A DNA stretch of 64,000 bases, taken from positions 704,001 to 768,000 of the forward strand of contig CAVVPN010000011.1 of the NCBI GenBank assembly GCA_963750165.1, read 5' to 3'. Both the position numbers and the translations under genes were made by a program. Shown here in pieces: positions 31,810 through 42,743 of the stretch. The stretch is from an uncultured Gemmataceae bacterium (GTDB taxonomy: Bacteria > Planctomycetota > Planctomycetia > Gemmatales > Gemmataceae). The number at the start of each line of letters is the position of its first letter. The stretch's first letter is position 1. The notes under the pieces were generated by a model, which was not told the origin of the DNA, made no database searches, and saw only the letters and a list, made by a program, of their open reading frames with translations.

Positions 31810-33196
31810 GGCAACGTTTCAAAATTAATCCGCAGTTCCCTTCTACAATAACCCTGGCCCAACCGGGGGCCTGGTTTGGAAGGGAGGCAGAGCCGTGGAC
31901 ATCCACCAATGCCAATGCCCTCACTGCCGACAAGGTGCGGACCACCCCGAACGCGCCCTCCATTACCGGCTCAACCTTCTCCTGAGCCGGTTGGATGAGC
32001 ACCAACGCCGGTGGTTGGCAGCCTGGGAGTCCCAGAAGGTCGGCCGCGGCGGCGACCGCCTACTGTCCCTCATCACCGGCCTGAACGTGGAAACCATCCG
32101 GCGCGGTCGCCGGGAACTCGAGGACTCCCTGCGGGACTGCCCCCCGGATCGCATCCGCCGGCCCGGGGCAGGACGGCCCGCTGTGAAAAAAAAGTGCCGG
32201 GCCTCATGAACGCTTTGAGGCAGCTGGTTGAGGAGCAGACCGCCGGCAGCCCGCAAACCTGTCAGAAGTGGGTGCGCCACAGCGTCGCCTACCTGAGCAC
32301 GCGGTTGCAAGGCCAAGGCTTCGCCGTCAGCCCCGCCACGGTCTATCGCCTGTTGGACGACCTGGGCTATTCGCTCAAGGCCAACCGCAAGCGCTTCACC
32401 GGCCCGCCTCACCCAGACCGGGACCGGCAGTTCGCGTACATCGCCGGGCAGCGGCGCCGCTTCGCCATCCTCGGCCAGCCGGTGATCAGCGTGGACAGCA
32501 AGAAAAAGGAGTTGATCGGCAACTTCAAGAATGCAGGGCGGCAGTGGTGCCGGCGCGCCACGGAGGTCAACGCCCACGACTTCCTGGACGACGCCTTGGG
32601 CCGGGCCGTCCCCTACGGGGTCTACGACGTGCGCCAGGACCGCGGCCATGTCTACGTGGGGTTGTCCGCCGACACCGCGGCGTTCGCGGGGGACGTGATC
32701 GGCCGGTGGTGGCGCGGCGAGGGACGGCTGTGGTACCCGCAGGCCGACGAGTTGCTGATCCTGTGCGACGCGGGCGGGAGCAACAGTTGCCGCGTGCGGT
32801 TGTGGAAACAGCGCCTCCAGGAGGAGTTGGCCGACCGCTGGGGGCTGTGGGTGACGGTGTGCCATTACCCGCGGGGGGCGTCGAAGTGGAACCCGGTGGA
32901 GCACCGGCTGTTCAGCCGCATCAGCGTCAACTGGGCGGGGGAGCCGCTGCGAACCGTGGAGACGCTGTTGGCCTGCATCCGGGGCACGGAGACGGACGCC
33001 GGTTGGGCGGTACGTGCGACGTTGCTGGACGCGGAGTACGCGAAGGGGGTCAAGGTGCCGGACGCAGAAATGCAGACGTGGCGCCTCCAAAGGCATGCCG
33101 TCTGCCCCAGTTGGAATTACACCATCAAGCCACGTTGGACAATATTCTAACATCAGCACCCAGGTGTAAGCTGCGGACTAATTTTGAACGGCTGCC
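31810..33196 (+). mobile_element. ISAzo13-family insertion sequence
   Basis: Imperfect IRs ggcaacgtttcaaaattaatccgcag / ctgcggactaattttgaacggctgcc; TAA duplicated at 31807-31809 and 33197-33199. Confidence 0.9.
31895..33150 (+). CDS. ISAzo13 DDE transposase, probable programmed -1 frameshift at 32186-32194
   Basis: ISVDSKKKELIGNFKN, CDAGGSN, SKWNPVEHRLFS; two ORFs overlap at AAAAAAAAG. Confidence 0.88.
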
Positions 33197-33317
33197 TAAC
33201 GCAGCGTAATCATTTCCTTGGCAGGATCGACCTCAATGCGGACCTCAGTTCTGGTCACCTCCAAGATGCGTAACGTCACGTTGCCGGGAACACTCACCGC
33301 ACTGCCTTTGCCCACCA

Positions 33318-34705
33318 CTGGACTTTTGCAAAGTTGGTTTCTCGATGCCGTAGCTGTTGAATCTTGTACACTATCCTGGGCAAAATCGCTCGGCGGTGTT
33401 GTGGAGTCTGCCATGGCTGGCATTGTTGAATTCCCCCAGGTGGTTCAGGAAGCGCTGCGCGTCTACGGCGATCTGTTGCCTAACGAACCGCAACGGCGCC
33501 ACTTCGCTGAATACCTCACCGGCTTGTTCGTCGCTGAGCGCAAGACCGTCTGTGGCATCAACCGTGAATTCGCTCAGACCACCGACCAATCCTGCCTCAA
33601 CCGCTTCCTCACCGACGCCACCTGGGACGTGCAACAACTCAACCAACGCCGTCTCGACTCCTTGCAACAGGAACCCTCGACCCGCTATTGTGAGCACGGC
33701 ATCATCCCCATCGACAACACCTTGATCGACCACCACGGTGAGTACATTCAGGATGCCGGCTGGTTCTGGGACCACGCCGAGGAGCGCTACAAGATCGCTC
33801 ACGATTACCTGATCGTGAATTACGTCTGCACTAATGGCAAGCATTACCCCCTGGACTTCCGCCGCTTTCAGAAGGCCGACCTGTGTGATTGCCTGGAGGT
33901 GCCGTTCAAGGATCACACCGTCTTGTGCCAGGAACTCATCGACTGGGTCTGCGCCGAAAGCATCCCGGGCACCTTCGCCTTCGACAGCTACTTCACCAAT
34001 GCCCCGATCCTGAACCACATCCACGGTAAGCAGTTAGCGAACGGCCAACCCCGTGGCTACGTCGGCTCGCTCAAGTTCAACCGCAAGTTAGAATACCAGG
34101 GGCGGTTGGTCAAGGCGGACGCCCTGGCAGCTACCATCGCCCCGGAGGTGCGCAAGCCGTTGCGGGAAGGCGACCGCCGGCAGTGGTACTTCACCTGCAC
34201 GTTGCGCCTGCCGGACGTGCAGCACAAAGTCCGCATCGTGATCATTTGGAACCAGCGGGACGATACCAGCCCACGGATCATCCTGGTGACCAACCGGACG
34301 CAGTGGGAGGTCAGTCGGGTGGTGCGGGGTTACCGGCATCGCTGGACGGGCACCGAGACCTTTCATCGGGATGGCAAGCAACAGTTGGGCATGGGGGACT
34401 GTCAGTTGCGTGACAGCGAGGGCCAGACCCGGCACGTGCACCTCGTCATGCTGGCGTACAGTCTCCTGATGAAACAATTGCGGCAGAGCCATGCGTATGA
34501 ATGGGCCTTCGAGAAGCTGACGACCATCGGCCAAGCCTGTCGAGCGATCGGGCGGGAAACCCTGCGCAAAACACTGACCTGGGCCATGGACCATGCCACG
34601 AAATTCCAGTGGAGTACCGAGCGGATTGTGGCTCATCTGGGCCTCATGTAAGAACGATCATAGGTTTCACAAAAATCAAAGGTTTCCAACTTTGCAAAAG
34701 TCCAG
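33318..34705 (+). mobile_element. IS701/IS4-like insertion sequence
   Basis: Perfect 20-bp IRs ctggacttttgcaaagttgg; CCACCA at 33312-33317 and 34706-34711. Confidence 0.92.
33413..34651 (+). CDS. DDE transposase (IS701-like)
   Basis: IPIDNT, AFDSYF, YRHRW..ETFHRDGKQQLG. Confidence 0.88.
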   Translation: MAGIVEFPQVVQEALRVYGDLLPNEPQRRHFAEYLTGLFVAERKTVCGINREFAQTTDQSCLNRFLTDATWDVQQLNQRRLDSLQQEPSTRYCEHGIIPIDNTLIDHHGEYIQDAGWFWDHAEERYKIAHDYLIVNYVCTNGKHYPLDFRRFQKADLCDCLEVPFKDHTVLCQELIDWVCAESIPGTFAFDSYFTNAPILNHIHGKQLANGQPRGYVGSLKFNRKLEYQGRLVKADALAATIAPEVRKPLREGDRRQWYFTCTLRLPDVQHKVRIVIIWNQRDDTSPRIILVTNRTQWEVSRVVRGYRHRWTGTETFHRDGKQQLGMGDCQLRDSEGQTRHVHLVMLAYSLLMKQLRQSHAYEWAFEKLTTIGQACRAIGRETLRKTLTWAMDHATKFQWSTERIVAHLGLM

Positions 34706-35422
34706 CCACCAGATAGAGTTTGCCATCGAGTTCCAGCAGGACGACCGGCGTCTGATCGGGGGCCAGAACCCGCCCCTTGAGCGCCATCTTGGGCAGCTGC
34801 GCTTGCTTGATCTTGATTTGTTGATCCTGTTTTTTTTTCGCCTGCTCCAGCAGGGTCTGGATTTGTTTTTCCTTGTCCTGGGCCTCTTTCAGTTTCACCT
34901 GCAGACGCACCAACTCTTCCTTGGTCGCCTTTTCCCGTAATTCCCGAGCTTGTTTTTCCTTGTCCTGCTCTTCTTTGAGTTTCGCCTGCAGACGCGCCAA
35001 CTCTTTTTTGTTCGCCTGGTCCAGTAGTTCCCGAGTTTGTTTTTCCTTGTCCTGAGCCTCTTTCAGTTTCGTCTCCAGACGCGACAGTTCTTCTTTTTTC
35101 GCCTGGTTCAGTGCGATCCTGGCTTGTTTTTCCTTGTCCACGTCTTCCTTCAGTTTGGCCTTGAGGCGCGTCAACTCAGTTTTCAAACCGCGCACCTCGC
35201 TGGTCAACTGATCCACCAGTTTCTCTTTTTCCAGCATCTCCTTGAGGCGCAACCCGGGCTGCGTTGGGTTGCGCAACGGCTCCTCTTTGCCCTTGTCCTT
35301 GGGGGGTTGGTCCGCCGGCTTTTGGCCCGCCGGGGCCTGCGCCCCAACCAATCCCACACTGACCAGGAAGAACGCGACCAGGCCCACTCGCATTGCAAAC
35401 ATGGTTGCTACTCCAGGGTGTC

Positions 35423-36658
35423 TTAACGCGGCCTGGCATCCGCCCCGGCGGCCGCGAACATGGCCATGAAAAAGGAAATGTACACAAACCCAACAATCCC
35501 ACCCACCACCAGGACGATCACCGGTTCAATAATCACACTGAGCCGGCGGATCGCGTTTTGCAATTGACTCTCATGGAATTTGGCGACTTCATCAAGCACC
35601 TCATCCAGGCTGCCGGCCGACTCGCCGACCGCCACCATGCGCGTCAACAGCGGCATGAATGCGCCCGGCGTCGCCAACGGCAGGGCAAGACTGCCGCCTG
35701 CCAGTACCGTTTGCCGGGCGGCGGCGACGCGACTGCCAAGGTAACGGTTGCCATACGTCGCTTCCACGGTGCGCAGCGCCTCAACCAGGGTGATGCCGCT
35801 GCGCAACAAGACGCCCAATCCGTGCCCAAACTGAGCCGTGGCGGACAACCGCAGCAGGTTCCCAAAAACCGGCAGTCGCAGCAGCACGCGATCCATCACG
35901 AAACGACTGGGAGACCAGAGGTATAACGTTATTAGTAACCCTGTCAAGGCGGCTATGCCCACGGCCACGGGCAGTGCATACGCCTGCACCGCATTGGAAA
36001 TGTCCAGCAGCAGCTGGGTCATTGGCGGTAACTTGCGACCCAGGGCGGACAGGAAAACCTGGAGTTTCGGAATCACGCTGACCGTCATGAAGATCGACAC
36101 ACCAATGGCGGCGATCAGCACAATGGTCGGGTAGGCGAGCGCGGTAATGAGGTGCGTCTTCAACAGCCGCCGACGTTCCAGGGCATCGGCTGCTCGACTG
36201 ACCACCTGTTCCAGTGTGCCCGTCTGTTCACCAACGCGGACCAGCTCCACGACCAGGTGCGGGAAACAGCGGTGCTCGCGCATGGCATCCGCGAGGCTGG
36301 AGCCTTGCTGAATCTTCTCGGCCACCGCTTCCCAGACCAGGCGCATGACGCTGCGGCGCGCGTACTCCGCGGCCGTTTTTAACGTCATGAGCAAGGTTAG
36401 CCCGCTGCGCAGCATGACCGCCATTTGTTGCAAACTGAGTTCAACGTCGAGCGACGACGGCGGCAACCACGTCAAGGGGTTGAGACGCGGGAGCAGGTCG
36501 CCCAGTCCCGGTGAGGCGGCCCCAGCGGGCCGGACGTCCAGGACGAGCCAGCCGCGCTGGCGCAGCGTATTCACCAGCGCCGCCGCGGAGGGCGACTCCT
36601 CGGTGCCGCGCTGCGGTTGGCCGGCGCTGGTTCGAGCGGTGAAAACGAAGATCGGCAT
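35423..36658 (-). CDS. pilC: T2SS F / PilC platform protein
   Basis: Two VGE.xG.L repeats, ALAYP, IEP; three TM segments. Confidence 0.92.
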   Translation of the reverse strand: MPIFVFTARTSAGQPQRGTEESPSAAALVNTLRQRGWLVLDVRPAGAASPGLGDLLPRLNPLTWLPPSSLDVELSLQQMAVMLRSGLTLLMTLKTAAEYARRSVMRLVWEAVAEKIQQGSSLADAMREHRCFPHLVVELVRVGEQTGTLEQVVSRAADALERRRLLKTHLITALAYPTIVLIAAIGVSIFMTVSVIPKLQVFLSALGRKLPPMTQLLLDISNAVQAYALPVAVGIAALTGLLITLYLWSPSRFVMDRVLLRLPVFGNLLRLSATAQFGHGLGVLLRSGITLVEALRTVEATYGNRYLGSRVAAARQTVLAGGSLALPLATPGAFMPLLTRMVAVGESAGSLDEVLDEVAKFHESQLQNAIRRLSVIIEPVIVLVVGGIVGFVYISFFMAMFAAAGADARPR

Positions 36659-36682
36659 AGACCTTCACCGATAAAGTCAAGC

Positions 36683-38545
36683 TCACCACACACTCACGAC
36701 ACCGAGCACGTCGCGCACCGTGGTCGTGCCGTTCAGCACCTTGGCAAGCCCATCGTCCAGCAGGGTCGCGATGCGCCGTTCCCGCATCAGCCCCAGCAAC
36801 TCCGTTTCCTCAATTCCCCGGGCGACGGCGCGCGACCAGTCTTCATCCAGGGGCAGCAGCTCAAACAAGCCAATCCGGCCCAGATAGCCCTTCCCATTGC
36901 AGTACAGACATCCTGCCGCGTCGTATACCATTTTCCTCTCCGCGTCCGGATGATTCAGCGCCAGCGCCTCCCGGGCTGTTAATTCGCGCGGTTTCCGACA
37001 GCGCGGACAGAGTTGCCGCACGAGCCGCTGCGCCACCGCCAGGCGCAAGGTGGCCGCGATTAAAAAGCGATCCACGCCCATGTCGGCCAGGCGGGTAATG
37101 ACACTCACCGCGGAATTGGTGTGCAGCGTGCTGAACACCAGGTGGCCCGTCAGCGACGCCTTGATGGCCACATCGGCCGTTTCGGCATCACGGATTTCGC
37201 CGATCATCACCACGTCCGGGTCGTGTCGCAAGACACTGCACAGCGCCTTCAGGAACGTTACCTTGTCCGCCGAGTCGATCTCCGCCTGGGCCACTCCTTT
37301 CATCTTGTATTCAATGGGATCCTCCACTGTGAGGATGTTCAAATTCTCCAGAGTCATCAGGTGGCGAATGGCGGCGTAGAGTGTAGTGGATTTGCCGCTG
37401 CCGGTCGGGCCGGTTAACAGCACCATACCGTGCGGCTTTTCAATTGCTTGCCCGAAACAGGCCAGGTCCTGTTCGCTCATGCCGAGCCGTTCCAGCGTCA
37501 AGGACTCCGTTTGCAGCGCCAGCAAGCGCAGGGTCATGCGTTCGCCGTGTTTGGTCGGCAGGGTGGCCACACGAATGTCGATGGCCTGACCGGCTCGGCC
37601 GAAGCGATGCTGGAAAGCGCCATCCTGCGGCGCTCGCTTCTCGGCAATGTCCATGCCGCACAGCACCTTGAACCGGCTGATCAGGCCGGCGTGGGCGGCC
37701 GCGGGTAACTGACGGTACAGCTCCAGCACGCCGTCGGTGCGAAAGCGGACCTGAACACTGTCCCCCTGCGGGTCGATGTGGAGATCGGACGACTGCCGCA
37801 GAATGGCGGCGTGCAGCAATTCATCGCACAGCGTCACCGCGTCATCGGGGTGCAATTCGGCCGCGGATCGCAGGTCCACGGAACCTGGACGCCACAGCGG
37901 CGTGTTGGCCGTGGCCGCGTTGGGGTCGCCGTACACCCGATCCAGGGCGCGCTGCAGCGAGTGCGGGTCGGTCGGCTCGGGACGCACGGGCAGCCGGACC
38001 ATTTTTTCCACGGCCTGGAACGCGGTGCTGTCCAGCACGTTGACACAGGCGACGTGGACGTGCCCGGCCGCACAGGCGAAGGGAATCACCTGGCGACGAA
38101 AGGCGAGGTTGGCGGGGATGCGCAGCGCCCAGGCCGGATCGATCTTGATCCGGTCCATGTTGAGCACGCCGATGCACTCCGCGCCCGCCGGCAGATCCTG
38201 GTATTCGACGCCGAAGTAAAACAGCGCTTCCTCCAACCGTGTCCAGATCACCCGCCCCTTGCGCTGCACCGGCCCGGTGTCAGTCTGGATCGACAGGTCG
38301 AGGACCACGCCCGCCTGAAGCACCGGATGGTCCTCATTTACTGGGATGATGAAGCCGCCGCCGCGCGGCGACACGTTGTTCAGCATCGCGACGTATTGCT
38401 TGCCGGACAGGCAAAAAGTGCCCGGCAGTTCGCGGGCCAAAACGATGCGCCGGTCGGCGCGCTGGTCCTTCTTCGGGCGCAGCGCGGGAAAAACGCCGCT
38501 GTCCCGACTCGACCTGGCCGAATGCAACGTAGGGGCACTGCTCAT
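36683..38545 (-). CDS. pilB: GspE/PilB assembly ATPase with N-terminal PilZ domain
   Basis: GPTGSGKST, TVEDPIE, GEIRD, STLHTN, CPRC/CLYC; N-terminal RADRR and NVSPRG. Confidence 0.9.
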   Translation of the reverse strand: MSSAPTLHSARSSRDSGVFPALRPKKDQRADRRIVLARELPGTFCLSGKQYVAMLNNVSPRGGGFIIPVNEDHPVLQAGVVLDLSIQTDTGPVQRKGRVIWTRLEEALFYFGVEYQDLPAGAECIGVLNMDRIKIDPAWALRIPANLAFRRQVIPFACAAGHVHVACVNVLDSTAFQAVEKMVRLPVRPEPTDPHSLQRALDRVYGDPNAATANTPLWRPGSVDLRSAAELHPDDAVTLCDELLHAAILRQSSDLHIDPQGDSVQVRFRTDGVLELYRQLPAAAHAGLISRFKVLCGMDIAEKRAPQDGAFQHRFGRAGQAIDIRVATLPTKHGERMTLRLLALQTESLTLERLGMSEQDLACFGQAIEKPHGMVLLTGPTGSGKSTTLYAAIRHLMTLENLNILTVEDPIEYKMKGVAQAEIDSADKVTFLKALCSVLRHDPDVVMIGEIRDAETADVAIKASLTGHLVFSTLHTNSAVSVITRLADMGVDRFLIAATLRLAVAQRLVRQLCPRCRKPRELTAREALALNHPDAERKMVYDAAGCLYCNGKGYLGRIGLFELLPLDEDWSRAVARGIEETELLGLMRERRIATLLDDGLAKVLNGTTTVRDVLGVVSVW

Positions 38546-39789
38546 CGAGAACCTCCCACTGGCCGGGGACTGGGTTTCCGCAACAGGGCCGCCCGGTCGC
38601 GCACCACCTGTGGGCTGCGGGCCAGCACGGTGGCCGTCGCTTCCGTGATCCAGCCGCCGACCCACAGCCGCGCCAAATCCTGCTCCAGCGTTTGCATGCC
38701 CAGGGCGGCGCCCGTTTCCATGCTGGAGTAAATCTGCGAACCTTTCGCGGTGGCAATCAAATTGGCGACCGCCGGGTTGACCATCAACACCTCGCTGGCC
38801 ACGACGCGCCGGCGGCGCACGGCGCCGTCCTCCGGAGGCGGCTGCGTCGCCGATTTGGTCACGCCCGCCGGGCCGTCCGCAACCAGCAGATGCTGCGCGA
38901 TGATGGCGCGCAGCACCATCGCCAGCTGGCGGCGCACGCCCGTTTGCTCGTCGGCGGGGAAGACCGAGACCAGCCGTTCCACCGCGCCGACGCAGTCACC
39001 GGCGTGAACCGTCGTCAGCACGAGGTGCCCGGTTTCCGCGGCGGTGATGGCCGTGCGGATCGTGTTGAGGTCGCGAATTTCGCCCACCAGAATCACGTCG
39101 GGATCCTGACGCAGTGACGCCACCAGGGCGTCGTTGAAACTGCTGGTATCGACGCCCACCTGCCGCTGATTCACCAGGCTGCGAATCGAGGCGTGGAGGT
39201 ATTCTACCGGATCCTCAATGGTAACAATGTGACAGCGGCGCTTCAGATTAATTTGGTGGAGCAGCGAGGCCAGCGTGGTGCTCTTGCCGGCGCCGGTGGG
39301 ACCGCACACGACCACCAGTCCGTCGGGCAGGTCGCAGAGTTGATACAGTGACGTCGGCAAGCCAAGATCGGCGAGGGAGCGAAACTGATCTTCGAGACGC
39401 CGCAGCGCGATGGCGAGCGCGTTTTGTCGTTTGAAGACGTTGAAGCGAAACCGCGTCCCGTCCACCGCGCTGAGGGCACCGTCGAGCGAGCCGGTGCGCT
39501 CCAGGGGCGTGGCGTCGAGACCACGCGACAGTTCTTCCGCCAGGGCGGCGAGGTGTTCCCGCGAAAGAGCCTTGTGGTCGGAGCGCGGCTCCAGGATGCC
39601 GTGAATGCGAAAATAGGGCGGCAACCCCGGCGACAAATGCAGGTCCGAGGCGTCCAGCTGCACGCACTCGGCGAGCAGGGCGTCGAGCTGCTCGGCGCAG
39701 GCGGGCGGTTCCGGTGTTGGCGTCGGGGTGGTCAAGGGTGCTGCGCTCCGGGGCGGCGGTTTAGATCCATACGAGCAAGAGCCATTCAT
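38542..39789 (-). CDS. pilT: PilT/PilU retraction ATPase
   Basis: ASDLHL, GPTGAGKST, LRQDPDVILVGEIRD, AAETGHLV, VANLI, GMQTL; exact start uncertain. Confidence 0.9.
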   Translation of the reverse strand: MNGSCSYGSKPPPRSAAPLTTPTPTPEPPACAEQLDALLAECVQLDASDLHLSPGLPPYFRIHGILEPRSDHKALSREHLAALAEELSRGLDATPLERTGSLDGALSAVDGTRFRFNVFKRQNALAIALRRLEDQFRSLADLGLPTSLYQLCDLPDGLVVVCGPTGAGKSTTLASLLHQINLKRRCHIVTIEDPVEYLHASIRSLVNQRQVGVDTSSFNDALVASLRQDPDVILVGEIRDLNTIRTAITAAETGHLVLTTVHAGDCVGAVERLVSVFPADEQTGVRRQLAMVLRAIIAQHLLVADGPAGVTKSATQPPPEDGAVRRRRVVASEVLMVNPAVANLIATAKGSQIYSSMETGAALGMQTLEQDLARLWVGGWITEATATVLARSPQVVRDRAALLRKPSPRPVGGSR

Positions 39790-40375
39790 GGGCGAGGCTA
39801 TTCTTGCGCGTTTCTTTCATGATCAGGGCGACCGGAATGGCCACGACCTCGCCGTTGGCCAGCTCGTCCAGGGCACGGAGCATCTCGGGAAACTGGGCGT
39901 ACAAGCGCAACCGCCACAACTGGGGTTGCTGGCCGTGGGCGCTCTCGGCCATCTGCCGGGCCAGTTTGTCCATGACCGCGGACGGCTTCAACGCGCGGGC
40001 GGCCCCGGGCGAGTTGCTCGGCCCCTCTTCGATGATGTCCAGGCCGTGCCGGGTGAGCAGTTGGGTCAGCTTCACGCGGCGGCGGTTGCGCAGCCGGGCG
40101 TCGCTGCACTGCGCGCCCAGGGTTTCCCAGCGCTGCTGTTCCTTTTTGAGGTTCGTTTCCAGTCGCAGCGTTTCCGCTTGCACCTTCGCCAACCGATACC
40201 GGATGTCGTTCTGCTGCTTCGGGGTCGGGGTGGCCTTGATGGTGTTCTCCAAACTTCGCTCCAGCGTCACTACCTCTTTCTGCTTCGCCGCGTTGATCCA
40301 GTAGCCATAGGGGATCAACACCAGCACTGCTGGCAGTAAGGCCATCAACGTCTTTTCACGGTTGCTCAGGCTCAT
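39761..40375 (-). CDS. PilO/GspM-like alignment protein
   Basis: LSNREK plus one TM, coiled coil; operon position. Confidence 0.6.
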   Translation of the reverse strand: MSLSNREKTLMALLPAVLVLIPYGYWINAAKQKEVVTLERSLENTIKATPTPKQQNDIRYRLAKVQAETLRLETNLKKEQQRWETLGAQCSDARLRNRRRVKLTQLLTRHGLDIIEEGPSNSPGAARALKPSAVMDKLARQMAESAHGQQPQLWRLRLYAQFPEMLRALDELANGEVVAIPVALIMKETRKNSLAHEWLLLVWI

Positions 40376-40378
40376 GCA

Positions 40379-41774
40379 TTATTTCCGGGGAGCGGGTTGT
40401 TTGGTTTTTCCGAGGGAGGCTGGCGGCTCCGGCGGTAGCCGTTCTTCCAGGTGCAGTTCAAAAGCCCACAGCGCGCCATTTTCCCGGACAAACTGGACTT
40501 GCTTGCTGGCCATTTTCACGTGCCAGCTGTGAATCTCCAGGGCGTCGTCTAACTTGTGAGCGAACTGGTCGGCCAGCTCCGGGTGCAGGCACAGGGCGAA
40601 GATGTGATGCTCGCCGGCGGTGTTATCAATTTTCAACACAGTAACATCGTCGGGACAGTGCTGTGCCAAAAATCTCAATAAATCGGGCAACCGCTTCCGT
40701 TGGCGGATGAGGGCCTCGTTGTTCTGGCGGAGTCGGGCTTCCTGTTTCAGCAGGGCGTCCCGTTTTTTTTCCAGTTCCTTGATCTTCAATTCCGCGGCCT
40801 TGAGGTCTTTATCGGGCTTCTGGGCGGTTTGCAATTCCGCCTGGGCGCGGGCCGCGCGGGGCACCATGAGCAGAAAGTGATGCGCGGCACAGGCGGCGGC
40901 GACGAGGACAGCCACCGCGGTACTGAGCAGACCGCGCGTGGCGGCCGGCCAGGGACGAGGGAGCGGTTGAATCAACGGCACGGCGGTGCCGCGGTTGAGC
41001 AACTGGTCCGCCCAGGCCGTCAACCAGCGCTCCAGGACGGCCGGGTCTTCGAGAAACCACGGCGCCGGGGAGGGCGGCAGGGGCAGTTTTTCGGCGGCCA
41101 GGAGTTCGCGATGCTCCGGCGCGCCCGTCTCCGCACGCAATTTCTCCACGGCCGGTTGCCAGCGGCCTTGCTGCGGATCGATGGCGAGCAGTTGCAGGTC
41201 GCGCAGGCCGCGGCCGTCGCCTTGCAGGTAGAAGACGCTGTCCGGCCACAATTCGACGCGCTCCCAGGTGGCCTCGGGACGCGCGACCGCCTGGAGAGGT
41301 TGGGGCAATCCGCCCGGATGTCCTAACCCTTGTAGAGAGCCGCCGGCCGCGCGCACCACGTTGGCCACGCGGTCGCGGTCGGCGGCTTTCAGTTGCAGGA
41401 CCCAGTACGTGTTTTCGCCGCCAACCGACTTCAGCAGCTGATGGCTCAGCACCGACTCCAGGGCACTTTGGCCCGAGAGCGGTTCGGCCTCGAAGTTCAG
41501 CGCCGGCCAGCTCCTCCGCGGACAGGCCGCGCGTGCGGCCTTCGGGTAAGGGCAACATCTGCGACCAAAAATCGGTGCTCAGCACCCAGACCCGGCGGCC
41601 AACCCGAGGCCCGAGGACCAGCGCGGCCTCCGTCAGCACGGTCGGGTCCTCCAGTTCGGGACGCGGTTGCTGCCAGTAGTCGGCGAGGACCGGCTGGCGA
41701 CCGCCGTGGAAGTCGGCGCGCACGAGCCCCTGGCGAGTGATGAGGACAATCGTGGCGCTGGCGCGTCCGGCCAT
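40379..41774 (-). CDS. PilM/PilN (GspL)-like protein, frameshift near 41500
   Basis: Two frames join as ELAGA[L]NFEAEPLSG; TM, coiled coil, PilN-like C-terminus. Confidence 0.6.
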
Positions 41775-41794
41775 GAGTGAAGTCCCTGGCGTCG

Positions 41795-42721
41795 TTACTG
41801 CATGACGAGGTTTTTCGTTTGGCCGCCCGGCAGGACCGTGAGCCGCGTCGCTGGGCTGGTCTTCGTCCACGTCGGCGCGGTCCCCAGGTACGCGCGGATC
41901 ACCCGCGGCCCGATGGTGGTGGTGAACGTGAAGGTGGCCGTCGGGCTCGGGGTCACGGTCAGCGTCGTTTCCCGGATGGCGCCCGTGGCCGGATTGGGAT
42001 CGAAGAACTTGACCGTGACCGTCCCGGTTGGGTTGATCTGGTTGCCGAAACTGTCCAGCACGTAGACCGTGCCGCTGACGGTGGCATCAACGCGGTCCAC
42101 GGCCGCCCCGAATTGCGTGCCGACAAAAACGAGATCGGTATCCGCGGCGTAGCCAACGCCACCCAGGGTATTATCGGCTCCCAGAGAGCGGACCCACTGG
42201 ATGGGAAGCCCGGGAGTGACCGCCGTGACGCCATCCGATTGTAACAGGCTGAAGGGATTGCCCCAACCGTCCCGGAGCAAGGTGGTGCCCAACGGTAACT
42301 GGAGGTACGGACCACGCCAGCCACACCCCAACACGACCTGCGGATCGGACGGTGCGGTTTGCAGGGAGAAGGGCGTTAACGCGTTGGGATTCGCCCACAT
42401 TTCCTGGAGTTGCGTCTGCGGGTCGGTGCCGACCGCCAGCGGCAGCCGGCCAACGTCCGCGACGAAACCCGTGATCAGGGGGGTGCCATCCGGTTCACGC
42501 TGGCCAACAGGCCCGACGGTAGAGTCCTGAAGGTTTTGCAGCGTGCGCTGGGTCACGTCATAACGACCCTGATCCACGATGTTGGAAGTTGCCTGAATCG
42601 CCACCGTGGTCAGGATCGCCAGGATCACCAGCACGATCAGCAACTCCACCAACGTTAGACCGCGCCGACGCGGGACCCCTGCCAGCGCGGCGGGCTCGGG
42701 GGCTATCCTGCTTATCATCAT
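41795..42721 (-). CDS. Prepilin/pseudopilin
   Basis: RRRG|LTLVELLIV; GWRGPYL...DGWGNP. Confidence 0.9.
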   Translation of the reverse strand: MMISRIAPEPAALAGVPRRRGLTLVELLIVLVILAILTTVAIQATSNIVDQGRYDVTQRTLQNLQDSTVGPVGQREPDGTPLITGFVADVGRLPLAVGTDPQTQLQEMWANPNALTPFSLQTAPSDPQVVLGCGWRGPYLQLPLGTTLLRDGWGNPFSLLQSDGVTAVTPGLPIQWVRSLGADNTLGGVGYAADTDLVFVGTQFGAAVDRVDATVSGTVYVLDSFGNQINPTGTVTVKFFDPNPATGAIRETTLTVTPSPTATFTFTTTIGPRVIRAYLGTAPTWTKTSPATRLTVLPGGQTKNLVMQ

Positions 42722-42743
42722 GGAAGCGTCTCTTGTTCAGGAA

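Larger units (their letters stand above)
33196..35402 (-). pseudogene. Exported coiled-coil protein with PilP/GspC-like C-terminus, interrupted by an IS
   Basis: Removing 33318-34711 restores KLYLVGKGSAVSVPGNVTLRILEV...MITLR*; signal peptide; about four 29-aa repeats. Confidence 0.8.
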
